DNA from: Phoronis australis
Lineage: Eukaryota > Animalia > Phoronida
Direction: 5' to 3'
Assembly (NCBI GenBank): GCA_002633005.1
Contig: NMRA01000076.1
Span: forward strand, 508,590 to 560,840
DNA: 52,251 bases
The translations under genes were made by a program, and so were the position numbers. Positions 1 to 21,400 of this stretch are shown piece by piece. The notes under the pieces are model-generated. The model was not told the origin of the DNA. It worked only from the letters and a program-made list of their open reading frames with translations, and ran no database searches. The stretch's first letter is position 1. Each line of letters begins with the position of its first letter.

Positions 1-1009
1 CTTTAAGTTCACCTGTCATCATTACAACGGTTATGCACATATATCAAATGACAATCAAATAATAATGGTACAATCCTGACCCATTCACACCACATACACA
101 CAAAACAAAACAAAAACAATACAAACACATCCACGAGCACATCATAGATTTCACAGAGTACAACATCGATGTGAAATATGATGTAACATAGGATAGAAAA
201 ACTGATCCTCATCGTAAGGCTTATTCTCCCAGTATTTTTCATAATGAGACTATAATAAAAACATTTAGAAGCATTGCCCACACGGTCTCATACAAAAAAC
301 AAGTAGAACGAAATTTAAGGATAACTACATTTCAGTAAAGTGATTTGGCTCTATAGTATGGGTTTGAGACTTGTCGGGACGCCCGCACAGAGCAAACAGA
401 TCACACACATAAAATAATGAGGTTGCCCGCACTCTGTGGCTACACGCAATACAAAGCCCTCTCATAAATAGCCTCCCAGATAGATTGCCCAGCATGAAGC
501 TATATGACGCTTAGACCAAAACAGAACAAAATAAGACACAGCTACAACACTAAGATTACGCGACACGGTTGTCACGAACTTTGACATAGCCTGAGTAGCA
601 GGTATATGTTAGCTGTGAAAACGATACGTTGGGCACAACGGCTAACGTGAAGAAAAAAAATAGGCTAATCATATACACAGTAATGGCTACCGGAAGTATG
701 AGAAGTACATTTGTACTGAGGTCTCTCAACAGGGTCCCAAGTACCTGACAATTATGGTAGGCTACACTTGTAGTTTGGCAATTGCACATGGAGTACAGAA
801 GCAGTTCAAAGGTTAAATGGATAACGCAAAGCATTGGAATTACCGTATAACTCAATCAACTTTACGGAAAAAGGAAAATTAAGCCATCTTTCATGCAGAC
901 TATAGTACAAAAGTGAGTAAAATGTTGATTCCCATTGACAGAATTTCATTTATGGAGCTTTTGGGTCAACAGGAATATGACGTTACTAGTAAGCAAAGGC
1001 CACACTCAC

Positions 1010-4000
1010 CCTAATCCTGCCAAATCCGACACCAAATTACCCCACGCAGCAGCTACAAAACAAGAAACAACATTCATTTGTAAGAAAGATTAAACTACGC
1101 AATCTTCAAAATTGCACTTAAAACATTCAAGACCAAGCAACTGTGAATAATCTCAAAAATACATAAATAACATTATTACTTATCAATAAACAAGAGTGAA
1201 GTTTAATGTTTCAAAGGAGAATTCCACAAAATTCTCTGCAAATGGTAACAGGGTATAAATCTTGGTCTCACTGTCACATAAATAAGTTACCCACAGACCA
1301 AGGACTGTGCCATTAAATAGATGATTGTGTGTTTACAACAAAAGGAGAAACAAACACTATAACCGAGAAATATTTCTATCATCATGGCAGGAAAAGCTTG
1401 GTGGTTCAAATATGGATTAAGAGTTCTAAACATGGTGCAGGGTTCAAATTTATTGCATATCCGAGAAAACACAGAAGTTGCCGGTAGTACCATAACTTAC
1501 TGACTGAGGAACATAATGTTTCAGTGTGGTAGTGTATAAAATGGCAATTTCAAAATAAGATAAAATGAGGATGAAGTGGTTTATGATGCTAAAAATAACG
1601 TGAGCTCCATTCCAACCATAACAAGACAAAACAAAACATGTGCCGACTCATTCGACTTATTTCACGACTGATTTTTGCGACTGTCGCAAACTTTAATCAA
1701 AACATTTGACACTCGCCATTATGTGAAACGGTATATCCCAAGGTAATACTCCTATTACCCAAACAACGCTCAATATATCTTTAAAGAAACAAAACATTAG
1801 ACAATGTAAAGCCACATAAATAAAAAAGACTGGTAACCATGTTAATGTGACATTACTTCAACCAGGTTAATTGTGCTAATGAGCCCCAAGATACAAACAG
1901 CTGTGAATATTTGCATGTAATCTATACACAGTTATCTCTTACCAGCCATTGTGGATATTCCTAACACAGCACCAAACGTGGCATCAATGTATTCACCCTG
2001 CAACAAACAAATCATGTTAATCGGAACACTTGACCAATTGATAAGCTTGAATTCCATCCTATAGGAAATGCATTTCGGATGTTCCAACACAGTTTACTAC
2101 AACCTAATAAATGGATGTTCTAAATGAAGTTTCCAAAAATATGACGAATGTCGCCATATTGGGAATATCCTTCATTAAAACTAATAAAATTTTAAACAAA
2201 GTAATATTTCTATATTGGACATGCGGTAGCTAACAAGAATAATAGACAGAAAATGCTCAGCAGATACGTCTGTTATTTTAGATCTTTGAAATTATGAGTA
2301 AAATATCATTTATGTTTGCCATACATACCAAAGTTAGAAAAACGCGTGTCACAAGCTCTATAACCAGAGGTGAAAAAGGTTGGAAAAACAAGATCATTTA
2401 TTATGACATAAAAGAAGTACAAAAATGAATTATGAAAATAAAATATAATGGGTGAAAATAATAATCTCTGAAAAGTGGGCAATAAAAAACACCACAAAAA
2501 AGTTGTGAGACAGTTTGAATCTCGCCAACTTCCGGCTCTAGGAGCAAGACCGGCAAAATTCCATTTTCTTAATTTTCAGATATGATAACCGAGACCAAAT
2601 TAATACTTCTCTATTTTCAAGCCGTGTACCAAAGTCACCCTCAAATAGCATTTTGAAGAGTTGTGAGTATTCGGGGCAACGTTAGAAACCCTGGCAATTT
2701 TTTTGGCCACGTACCACATGGGAAGGTCATGTCACCAGGTTATACATCTATATGGATGTTAAGTTTAAAGATATGTATAGACATCCTACACAGATAATCT
2801 ACTCACCGCTAAGATCATAATGACATTATCCAAGATTCCAAAGGCAACAAAAGGCACCAGGTTAAACAGACAAACTGGAAAGGAGATAGAAAATGACTTC
2901 ACATATAACCTACACTCCAAAGATCAATGTTAAAACCGCTTCAAACTAGGCATTTGCAGGAAGACCACAAATACGTTCAGGTACTAAAAACTCTTGGATG
3001 CTAATTTTAGTTTTTATGAAATACAGTTTTATTAGTAAAACCTCACCAATTTCATACAAAACTAATTGACCTATCGCAAACTCCGCCCCCTTTGCGAAAT
3101 GTCAACAAACAAACAATTAATTTTACTAGACAATAAGTTGCTTGTGGGGTAAAATGGCTACTTGGAAACGAAAGTGTGTCAAGAATGCTGCGTTGTGATT
3201 GGTCAGTTAAGCCATCACTCAAACTCCTGGCAATAAGACAATTGCCAAAATAGCACTTTCTTTATTTCATAAGGGCTTCTAAGAGTTGTGCATGCAGATT
3301 TCAAAATATTGTCCTTTAATGGTTGTAGTAGAGAGCTTGAATATGGCAAAGCAAAATTTTTACACAATGCATCATTTACGAAAAATGAGAAAATAAAATT
3401 TCACCTGTCCCCATACTGAGTCCTAAATTGGTGAGTTTTTACCATACTAACTGTTTAAAGTGCCTGCTTAAACTTCCCCTTAAAGCCCCGTGCAGCACGT
3501 TACTTGATTTTGAGGTGGGGCCTTTCTTTTGGCTGTTTATGCAGCAAGTCAGCATTGTTAATCACACATAATAAAACCATGGATCAAATGGAGCTTACTG
3601 ATAATCAAAACCGCTAACTTCAATTATTCAAGCTTAATATTTGTGATATCTGCTTGACCTAATGAACACTGTGTGAGGCTTGACCAACTAAAAACAGAAT
3701 AGAACAGAAATGGGTTTCTAAGCTTTAAAATACGCATAATATAAACCAAAAATTACTAATATAAACATTTTCAATTCGATTTCTAAACATGAGGGCACAG
3801 GGCTTAATATTTGTACTTGAAGTCATACTCTAAGGTTACATTGGCATTTTCCATTTTAATTTTGTGCGGAACACAAGATAAGTGTTTATTGTTGAGTATT
3901 CGAGAACATTATGGTTTAAGTTAATATCGTTCTGGTCCAAGTTGATGATTGATCACTCCTATCTTGGAGCTACAATCTCGAGTGAAAATTTTGGGATTTT

Positions 4001-7000
4001 GAGTTCAAACTCAAACTTGTACTGCTATAATACTGGGTTGATCAAGTACAAATTATAATAAGACCGGCGTAAACCATGATGCACTTGAGCACGAATTAAA
4101 ATACACTTAATAATTTTGAGTTCACATAAAGGAGAACAGAAAATGCCAAAAATGAGTTAAGAGTTCAATTTCAAGTACAAAGATTAGACCCCTCCCAGTA
4201 CGGGAGCAAATTAATTGTTTTCCCAGGGTTTTGCACTCCACACATTAAATCACAGCTTAGTAAGAACAATGGCTAAAAACATTAATGTCTAAGAGCAATG
4301 CACATGCAATGTAAGTGCTCTGATAAACAAAACAGACTCCAAACCAGCTGCTTGACTTTCAATAACTGCCACTGTGCATATATATCATGGTTAGATAAAT
4401 AAACCTCTATTTAAGCTAAAAGCTCCACATTCCAGTAGGTCTGACTGTTATTTTTTCACAGCCAAGTTGGATAAAAATACTCTGCAAGATAAGTGGAGTA
4501 CCCACTGCAAGAAACTCATTCAAAGTGACTTTTCGAACAAAAATGATCTTCCATTTTAGAAAATTAGTAGAAAATGGAATTTGCCCATCAACTACATCAG
4601 TTCAACAGGATGTTTTTGAAATGATCACACAAGGGTTAAGCAATTGTTCCACAACTAAAATTTGATCACAAAAGATGGCCTTTAATGTCAATGGGGTGAT
4701 CATCACCAACTCAAACATGAAATTGATGAAAAAATTAGAAACACGGATATGTACTTTTTTGACAAGAAACAAAACTGACCTGTGTTTATTTGCATGCAAT
4801 TTATTATTACTCATCAAACAAACGATTATCAAACCATGAGCTCTTAGAATAATTAAGAACAATGCATTTCCATGGTAACAGACAACTCCTTATGATTGAT
4901 GAGCGATATACCTGCTTTCAACTGAGAGAGATCGGGAGGTATTTCCTGACTTGCGTCTGTAACAAAGCAAAAACATCGATTACAAGTTGATATACAATTA
5001 GAGTAATTGAAGAAGAGAAAGCCTAGCTGTTGATTCTGGAGAAGTTTTCATACAATGATTTTCACTTTTCATATAATTGAATATTCTTCGAAAATTCACT
5101 AATTTCCCCTCAAATTTTTCACATAACTCCAAGGAGAGTTACACATTTCTAAGATTCTCAAACACAAATATGCAAATCTGTCACAAAATAGCAGCAAATA
5201 GCAGAGGAAATTTGATGTTTTGATGTGTTTATGTTCCCACTGGTAAACATAACACAATTTGTTGATTCTGACCCAGTTGCTATGCTAGATCCACTGATGC
5301 CCAGTCTAACATTTGGTCAAGACAACTAAAATACTGTGGGTAACACAGCAGTGCTCACATGATATTTGCAAGGTCATTATTTTTTGACATAACAACAAAG
5401 CACTCGTAGATTACTAATCACATAAATTTCGCTAACGAATCCTTTTTTTTGTTTTGAATTTGAAACGAATAGAGTTGCAGTACGTTCCGCGACAAGTAAA
5501 ATGAAGTAGAAAACATAAAACTGGTAGAACGTAAGTGGATTGAAATCAATGATCATCTTGATGTCAATCAGTTTAGCGCAAGCAATTACAATTGGGGAGC
5601 CTTAAGGCCCTTTCACACAAAAGTCGTTTCGGGGAGCTGCAGTCAGCATGAACAGTTAACTTCAGCCCTGGGTCGAAGTTAACAGCACCAGTAGAATTAG
5701 AAATAAGTTTTATGTCAATTGTCACAAGTAAATGTTCTCAAATTGTCACATAAAAAAATCTTAGCACGCACAGGACAAAATTTCCCATTTCTCAGTCTAA
5801 CGACACCTTATGCTCGCTATTACTTCAATGAAGACAACGTCACCAACCATTTACTTCAATGTCGTTAACTAGAAAAGCTGGTATGGACGGTTCAATTAAC
5901 TTTGCAGTTAACATCAATGCTCCCCTCATACGGGAGTAAAGTTAATATGAGAGGGGCATTAAAAATTTAGGGGTTTTTGTCTCTGAAGCATTGTGCAAGT
6001 TACCACAATATTAGATAATTTCACAAAATCTATTATTCTGAGCAAAAAGACTAAGCAAAACAAAGTTTGACGGATCCTACATCAGTACACTATCGATTTT
6101 ACTGATCAGACATACCGTACTCATCCGGGTTACCGCCCATCCTCTGCTTACCGCCCACCCCCGAAATTTTCAATTTCTCATTTTTAACTGCCCATGCTCG
6201 GCTTACCTCCTACCCATTGTTTTAGATTCCCAATTTAAGCGCCCTGAGCAGTAACCCAGACGAGTACGGTATTTTGGGGTAAAGCAGACACATCCAATCT
6301 ATATTTGTTAGTGCCGTCCATTATTCATTCATGTTGACTGACTGCATAGCATCATGTATATTACGGTGCTTAATAGCTTGCAATTCTGATTCATTAGGTA
6401 AAAAAGCCAACACTTTATATAGTCAGATCTACTATCTGTGCCACAAAGGGGTCATTAACAGCAGAAGTGAGTTGTTTATTCATCACCCAATGGCTTTTAA
6501 GGTTATCAACAAGTCCGTGTATTTTGCCAAATATATATATATAAAATGGTATTAATAGTCACTTGCAATGACTCTGCATTTTGGAATCAGCTTTCTCCAT
6601 CTGAATAACAGGAATCAAACCTGTTCTTACAATCCAGGACCCTTATTGTCAAAAAATTGTTGATTTTAACTGAGTCAGTAAAAGTATGTATTTTCTGTAA
6701 GTATAAATCATGTAGAATCATGCATAGTAGAAATGTTAATAATGACATGACCACGTTTTCTTTGATATAAATGTTACAGATGAAACCTCAAAAATGCTGT
6801 TGCAGTTTTATAAATTATCATTTCATTTTCGTCTAATGCAACTTTTGTTTCGTAAAAATCATAGAAGCCCTATTTTTGATAGTCCCAAATGTGCGACATT
6901 TAAAAAATAAACATCATTTTGGCAAACAGTGTATAACTCTTAGTAAATGAAAGTTTCATATGAATCCAATTAGCGATATGATGATCCAAATTTAGAAATT

Positions 7001-10000
7001 TTATTAAAGTGAAAATTGATGTCAGAGCATATTTACTTGCCACGATCTGGGAGTAATATGAACAGTCCTAGCCACGATGAAAAGATCAACAAAACAAGAG
7101 TGACTCCCTACCCATCGACATATGTGTCCTCTAACGTAAGCCGTCTGGCTACAAAAGTGCTGGAGAAAATATCAGCAGTTTTTGGCATCTCAAACCACCA
7201 GCAAAACTGAGACATTACTTAGAATTTAGAAAAAGATAATACATGTCTTGAAGCCCTTGACAAGTTCCATCCACAAACCAAGTTTTAGAATGATCCGTCA
7301 AAAGAGGCAGGAGCTACAGCATGAGAAATAACGGAGTCAATAAAAAGGCAGTTATCGGAAGTCCCCAAATAACTCATGGCAAAAAACGGATGGCACATTT
7401 CCGAGAGCCCTTGAAGAGATCTATCCACATACCAAATTTTAAGAATCTCCATAAAGGATAGCAGTGCCACAGCGCCATATTACATTCAATTTCAACCAAA
7501 ACAATAGGTTTCGATTGATAAGACACATCCTGTGTTCAAATTTAATGTGAATCAGATAATAAATGTGACGTGTAACATAGGAACAAAGAAATGAAAAATA
7601 AAAAACAAACAGAAGAATATTTATAACAGCAAAAAATGCAAGGTGCAAGGTAAAATTTATTTCGCCAACTAAATATCGACTCTGGAGCTTAAATTTGCCA
7701 AAACTTAATGAGAATTTAGCATACTACCGTATTCGCCGTAATAACCGCCCAGGGCACTTAGAAAAGTTCGGTTCAGGTGGGGCGCTTATTATAACCCAAG
7801 GCGGTTGAAACCCCGTCTCCGAAACGGGTAAAATCAGAAGCTAGGATTCATCAAATTTACACTCTGTGACGTATATGTAATCTATGAAAGACTTTCAACA
7901 AAACTGTGGTGCATTGCTATCAAACTTTGCTGTTAAATTACGATCATTTTACAGAAAATTGTGCTGAAATCCCAGGGCAAAAACTCGCCGACTGACTGCC
8001 TCGAAATCGCCGTCTTCGATATGGCGACTTCAATGCTTAATTAAAAATGGTTTCGACTCAAGCAAATTACCTGAAATCCTACATTAAGTTTTATAAGTAG
8101 TGTCTCTAAGATTTTTTTAGTTTCCGTGGAGTCTGGATTAACAGCAGGTTTCAGTACAAATCTGTGCAAGATCGTGCCATCTACATGTATGATCGCGGCA
8201 ACACGGCGAGAAAAATGTCTGGACAAACACACGTGTTGTTGTCACGTGACGTTTGTTTTGAAGTTCGTCTGCGAGTAAGCAAGCGCGTGCGTATCACTAG
8301 AGTTCATTTGCCAAAGCAGAAACCGTCTTTTGGCCAGAGCCACGCAATCTAACTAGCTAGATGTGTCTAAAGAAATTTGTACAAGCAGTAGGCCTAAACC
8401 AGAGCGTGTTTCATTCAGCACTTGCCGGTCTCGTGCTAAAAACTTTCGACATTTGTCTCGGTAAGGCCCATATTAGTCGCCGTGTAGCTGGATGCGTACG
8501 TAACTATCTGACAGTTAGTTTTCGGTGTAAGGGTGTGCAAGCATTCACTGTCAGTTGTCATTTTATCGAATATTCGGCTTAAAAACACCAATCATGGTTA
8601 ATCAAACACTCCATCTCAAAAATAACGCAAACATATTTTATAGTATTAGAAATTGTCGGAAATTAGAGCCAATATTCATTTCTTATCGATGCTATGCTAC
8701 CCGCTTCATGAATGGATAGTTCCCGACTAATGTCTTTGATGACAGTTTAATGTATGTAGCGCGAGCTTCCTGGCCACGTGCGTTTACCACCGAGTTATTT
8801 TTATGAGACAGTCGATGTGTCTACTGAAAGGTCAGACCATAGTGGGACACGGTCGTCGCGAGAGCGTAGCAACGCTGTTGCATTCTTTTTGAAGCGCTGC
8901 GTTACTTTGATGTGTAAAGTCACGGCTAAATACAAACGTAGCAGTGCCACTGGTGGTCTAGAAGACCCGTGCAAAAATTTTTTTGATAAATTGAAGATGT
9001 TACTGTAGCCGAGTTTTAGGACTGTAGGTACGTCATTGTTTGCATGTACGCGTTCATGGACTGGGCGCTTATTTCAGCAAAGTCTGAAAACGCGTGGGGG
9101 GGGGCGCTTATAGGGGCATGGGTGGTTATTACGGCGAATACGGTAATTCAATTTTCAATCATCAAATCATGAGTTCAGTTTCAGGTCTTCACATGATATT
9201 ATTTTCCTCAAATCTCAATATTTTTTCCCATTTCTCAGTTAAATTTCACCTTCTTCAGGTGTTCTAATTTCAATGTTACAAGAGAAAGAATAATAGATGC
9301 TAAATCACCAGCAGCTCTAAATTGTTGAAAGCACTTGGGGGTGCCATCTTGTGATAATTTCAATAACCAAACATGGTGTTCTTCAAATGTCTCACTTATT
9401 TGAAGTCTTCAAACGTCTGCATTGCTTTCCAAAATTGAAATGTCTACTTTTATCCCCACAGTAATCTCACAACGTGCATAATTTGTACAATACATTATTG
9501 GGAACACAAATAACCACCATCTGGCATATGAAGAAGACTATTGATTGAGAAGTATCAGGTTCACCTCCTGAGTAATTCAACTTGTCAATATGGGAGCTGT
9601 GATCACCAGACTAATTGCAATGCTTAACATAACGGACAGCTTATAATGAAAGATACTGATGTAACTTCAGATAATGTATAAATGTAATAACAACCAGAAG
9701 ATGCTTCTTTAGGTTATGTAGGACTGTTTATTTAGCCAAATACACAAAACTAAAACTATAGATTTTATATCATTAAAAGTGTATGTTTTCTGAAAGAAGA
9801 AAGGCTATAGAATTTTAATTTTTACTTCATGCCAACCTGTCATAAGTAGGGTAATTTGACCGTGATTGTCTTCTTAGTCAAATTTAGCAAATTTAATTCC
9901 TTTAGACTTTTCATAAAAATCGAAAACGTTCTATTTTTATAGCCCCTCGTGCAAAAGTGAATCGCCATCTACGAATAACCAACAAAACCACACAAATTTC

Positions 10001-12451
10001 AGTATTGCAGCCTATGTTCAGTACTGCAGCCTATGTCCAGTATTGCAGCCTATTTTCAGTATTGCAGTCTATGTCCAGTATTGCAGCCTATGTTCAGTAT
10101 TGCAGCATACTGAGCAAGAATTTTCCTCTCATTCTTTTGGTTTATATCCATTTCACCAAGTGGTGAAGGCTTTTCACCACTTGGTGAAATGGATATAAAC
10201 CAAAAGAATGAAAGGAAAATTCTTGCTCAGTATGTTAGTTTTAGCCAAATCCAATTCCCTTGACATGTTCATGAAACCGCAAACGATCTTACCAGTTATA
10301 TTTTGCCCCTTAACCTTTCTCTAACAACAACAAGTCAAATCGTCTGCAATTTTCTAGTCTTAGTTTTTTACTTAACAGGGCTCTCATTCATCCGAGGAGA
10401 AGGGTGCCTGTGCCTTCTGAGAGGGGAATAATTTGGAGTGAGGGGAAAAAGCTACCTCCTAATTGAATCACCACCAATAATAGCATCCTCCACCCTGTTC
10501 CAAGCACTCATAGGCTCTGCCTCAAGTAGCCAAAACTAATTTTTGCGTTCTTTCAAATTGTCACCCGTATGAGTTACAAGTGATTCGAACCTTGAGAATT
10601 TTTCAATCACTTGCGAGGTATTTTTTGGGCCTCCGGTGGGAATTTTGTGTGATTTTTCACTATGTTTTTAAAGAGGAATAGAGCCGATATTTGGTAAAAA
10701 ACCAGGGATTGAGGGCCCTGCCTAATGACGTAATGTAGTGACCCGAACGTCAGCCAATGAGCCCAGTGATGCTTTAGTCCACGAGTCCACTGGTAGGTTA
10801 AAAAATGCAAATGGCGGATTGACAAACGAAAAGTAAAAAGTAAAACCTATGAGTGAATAAGTTCTTTTGAAGGGATTGATTTCTGTGCAGTTATATTCAC
10901 CTTATTATTTCTTAACATAAAAGTGTTCAGGCGATCGCAATCTCAACGCGTGCAGGTTAATGTTCGACGTGCAATTTGAGTGAGATATGTATGGCAGCAT
11001 ACCTTCACTGTGCGGACTTCAAACCCTATTTAAGGGTTGGTTTACCAACTTATAAACAAGCTGTTGATTTTTTTGTCATCGGGCTGCAGTATTCACCATA
11101 GTTGATGGTTATACATGTAGCTAGCTAACTGGCTAGACAGCTTATTGCGTCTGACCTCAAGTAACCATGAACTGTCACTTCTTCCGTGTACCAACTGGCA
11201 ATTGCTCCTCAGCCAAACGGTATGGATGCTTAACTCTCACACGGAGAACCCCGTCCCCAGTGCAATTTGCAGTGTTTAAAGGCCCTTTCATACTAACATC
11301 AACGCATCGATGTTCTGGAATGTTGCGGTCAGTATGAAAGGATAATTTCAGTTCTGGATCAAAGTTTAACAGTGCCAGTTAAATTCACACTAAACAGCTG
11401 GATTAATAGTCGAGCGTCAATGCTGCGGTGCAGTAAGAATGATCAACTTCGGACCCATCAAATTTATCACCAGGGACCGCTGTTATCATTAACAATTAAA
11501 GGGCAGTATTGTCGTTAATAGTTGCTTACATTTTGCTCAAATAATCACCAATCAAATTAGAAATAAGTTTTACATCAACTAACACAAGTAAATGTTCCCA
11601 AATTGTCACATTAAAAAAATCTTAGCGTGCACAGGATGTATCAGCGCTACCTTACTTCGATGACAACAGCGTCACCTACCATTTACTTCGATATCTGTCA
11701 ACTACCAAAGACTACAGATCAGTTAACTTGGCAGTTTACATAGACACTCTGCTCAAACCAGAGTTCTGAACCTGAATCTGTTCATTACAGTGCAGGGACC
11801 AAATTGTTGTAGATGTGCTTCCGGTGAATTATACGAGCCTCTGTTAGCTACTCGCTAACGGGCAATTGCCTATTAGCTGAATGGTTAGCACGCTTGCCGG
11901 TTTTATGGGGGTCGCGGGTTCGATCCCTGGGTCGGGTAATCTCGGCTATTACTACAAAATACTAGCATCGTGACAACGGGAAGAGAGCACAGTAATCAAA
12001 ACAGCAGCTACTTGAGGCCTGATCGAAAGGCTTCAGTCAGTATGATAGGGGCCCGGCCTCGGCTCAAGTCAAAAGTTCGTTTCTGACACAAGGCTGGCAA
12101 ATTGCAACAGATACTGGCATGACAGACTGTCTCAGTAGTAAAGGGCTGAAAGAGAAGTGTTTAAAATCAAGAGTAATGCTATTCATACACACCAGTTGAA
12201 GACGTAGGCGGTACCACAAACTTTTCCAACTCCGATCTCAAACGTTCACGTTCAACATTGTCAAGTTTAGAGAGATATTTCTTGATGGATTGTTCATTGG
12301 AAATATCCAAGTGAATCTTCTTCATTTTAGGGAAACTGCACGAGAACATTCTAGCATCCCGCTTGGGTTTTTCTAAAATCTGTGACTGCAAATAAATTCC
12401 ACATATTCGGCTGAGAAAACATCTCCTGCAACTGTTAGCGACCACCAACAT
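1010..12451 (-). CDS. TMEM65: Transmembrane protein 65 (mitochondrial inner membrane), partial; 3' exons lie outside the window
   Basis: Exons (-): 12451-12193, 4956-4912, 2874-2807, 1997-1943, 1052-1010. All have GT-AG boundaries with consistent phases. Translation: MLVVANSCRRCFLSRI...ERERLRSELEKF...PPDLSQLKAVCLFNLVPFVAFGILDNVIMILAGEYIDATFGAVLGISTMAAAAWGNLVSDLAGLG, matching the recalled TMEM65 motif 'LDNAIMIVAG...LGISTMAAAALGNLVSDLAGLG'. The Arg-rich N-terminus resembles a mitochondrial presequence. Confidence 0.93.
3484..3680. mobile_element. Degenerate Kolobok-like MITE, same family as 21813-22035
   Basis: TTAA-AGCCCCGTGCAGCAC ... ttgacctaat..actgtgtgaggct; internal similarity to the 21.8-kb copy. 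Confidence 0.55.
3798..4193. mobile_element. Old TIR element (MITE)
   Basis: Imperfect TIRs CAGGGCTTAATATTTGTACTTGAA and TTCAAGTACAAAGATTAGACCC. A similar right end occurs near 37985-38005. Confidence 0.4.
5605..5958. mobile_element. MITE (possibly PIF/Harbinger-like), copy 1
   Basis: Starts AGGCCCTTTCAC and has a degenerate inverted end TGAGAGGGGCAT. A long internal block (aattagaaataagtttta...aaaaaaatcttagc) is shared with 11280-11740. Confidence 0.5.
6115..6269. mobile_element. Small mariner-type MITE (CCGTA termini)
   Basis: TIRs CCGTACTCATCCGGGTTAC and GTAACCCAGACGAGTACGG with TA flanks; internal TTACCGCCCA repeats. Confidence 0.75.
7727..9143. mobile_element. Tc1/mariner-type non-autonomous element (CCGTA termini)
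   Basis: TIRs CCGTATTCGCCGTAATAACCGCCC and GGGTGGTTATTACGGCGAATACGG, TA on both flanks, subterminal GGGCGCTTAT repeats, no transposase ORF. Confidence 0.85.
9998..10106. repeat. 20-bp minisatellite, about 5.5 copies
   Basis: Unit T(T/C)CAGTATTGCAGCCTATG. Confidence 0.9.
10106..10234. repeat. Near-perfect 129-bp palindrome
   Basis: 62-bp arms with one mismatch and a 5-nt spacer GGCTT. Confidence 0.92.
11280..11740. mobile_element. MITE (possibly PIF/Harbinger-like), copy 2
   Basis: Starts AGGCCCTTTCAT and shares internal blocks with 5605-5958. Confidence 0.5.
11805..11956 (+). mobile_element. Solo LTR of the same tRNA-like TRIM family
   Basis: 152 bp, TGTTGTAG...TACTACA, about 94% identical by eye to the array LTRs, in inverted orientation. 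TSD AAAT on both sides. A box 11874-11884, B box 11917-11927. Confidence 0.92.
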
Positions 12452-12738
12452 GATTGTGTGTGGAATAACTGGGTCAAACGGAAGTTAGGCCTAACTCTTG
12501 GCTTTGGAAGGCTCTACAAGATAACACACAACCTTAATAATTTTTGTTAGAACGAAAAGATCAAATTGAAATATTTATGAGTTCAAATACAATTTTAGAC
12601 ACATATAACTTAATTTAAAGTATATTAATGATAAACGTATGTTTTTTGTACCATTGTATGACATTTAAAGAAAACTTGAAACAGTTTCTATGATTTGGAA
12701 CCCATCAAATGTGACCTATAAAATCACATGATATCAAG
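12452..12738. promoter_or_regulatory. Putative bidirectional promoter of TMEM65/PPT1
   Basis: 287 bp between divergent ATGs. ETS-like CGGAAGT near 12478, MiT/TFE-type box TCACATGA at 12724-12731, and YY1-like CAAGATGGCG overlapping the PPT1 ATG. Confidence 0.6.
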
Positions 12739-19965
<7,227 letters not shown>

Positions 19966-21236
19966 GAAATCCCTACTGTTGTTAAAAGTTTGAAGTGACC
20001 GTGTTGTGAGAAAGTCTTTTGTTAAGTGCCTTTTAGGTAGATTCAGCATATTTCACTCAAACTTTTTTGGCATTTACTATCAAATTGAAATTAATAAAAG
20101 TGAAATTAATAAGAGTAGCAATTACAAGAATTTCTAAGTCTGATCTGCACGCCACCTCTTGGCCACATTGCGTGACCTAGAAAGTTCAAGTGATGAAGTT
20201 GTGTTCCCTTGCTTTTTTGCTCTGATAACTGCCAATATTTTCAGTTCCTGCTGTGGTACATAACAATGACCCGAGCAATGATGTCAGAAGCAGGTAGTAA
20301 AACTAATACTTGAGTAATTTAGGTTGTCAGACGCATAGGGTTTGCATTGTGTGTCTTGTTCAACGTTATGCCTTACGGTTTTATGATCTTCGAAAAATGT
20401 TTTTTTAAAAAATCAACTGAAATATTCCAAATAGTTTTTGGAGTGTGGCAAATATGCCAAAATTGACCACAGTCTCTTTAAAAATTCCCGTCTAATTACC
20501 TAATTAATCTCTATGCTTGGACTATTGTGAAGTTTGAAACATTTCAAACATGTCTTTTGATGTGCTGTTCGTTTCCCCAAAATGGGATTATTGTGAAGCT
20601 GAGTGGCAGGTGTAGAGAACAAAAATTTCAGTTAAGCCTATACTAGTTCTTGTAAATTAGCCCTTGAAAATTAGCTATTTCAAGTCAAATTATCTATTTC
20701 AAGTCAAATTATCTATTTCAAGTCGACAGTTCTTGATAAGAATATAATCTATTTTCAATTCGTTCATTTTGAATAAGTTTGCAGAATATAATTGAAATTC
20801 ATTGTCTAGATTTTGAAATTCACTGTCACCTCAGGGGTTACGTATCAACACTAGAGTGAGATTATGTGCGAGTGCAATTTTTAAGCCCTTCTATTTCCAC
20901 AGGGTAATCAATTCTTTCTGCTTATCATAGTGAAACTGTCGTTTGCTTTACGCCTGATGACATGCTGTTGTTTCCAGAAAGAATGTATTTATGCTTGCAT
21001 TTTAATTGCTGCTTAAACAAGTAAGAGTTTATGCTGAAGTAAAAGTATGATCAAATGAGTTTTAAGAGATGAAATTTTTAGAAATTTACTAAAGATAATT
21101 AATATATGTTTGATTTGTTTATGAGGCATTCATAAAAATTAACATTTTAGCATAATGTTTTTCTAAAAAATTCAAATTCAGTTGTTATAAATTTGTGTTA
21201 TCCTTTGTTTATTGTTTTATAATCTGACTTTTGTGG

Positions 21237-21400
21237 AATAAAATCATTTAATGCAAATCGCACTTGTCATTTTCAAATATTTTGGTCAGTTTTTAAAAAC
21301 CAGAATCACGTCAAAATAACATTGCAATCATGTACTTGATGAACATGATTCATACCATAGGAAACGTACTCAAGTTACTCAAAAGAAAATAACATTTATT
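21237..21400. terminator. Candidate convergent poly(A) signals of PPT1 (+) and the PLEKHJ1-like gene (-)
   Basis: AATAAA at 21237-21242 (+) and TTTATT at 21395-21400 (AATAAA on -). The + strand switches from T-rich to A-rich here. An alternative PPT1 signal lies near 20093. Confidence 0.4.

Noticed and set aside
1-1009. Remaining TMEM65 exons
   Set aside because: No segment encoding the expected LAGYVE...GCxLGMFPL region was found; these exons are presumably beyond the window edge.
11867-11937. Functional tRNA gene
   Set aside because: A and B boxes are present but there is no clean anticodon arm, and it lies within a TSD-flanked LTR; it is tRNA-derived rather than a tRNA.
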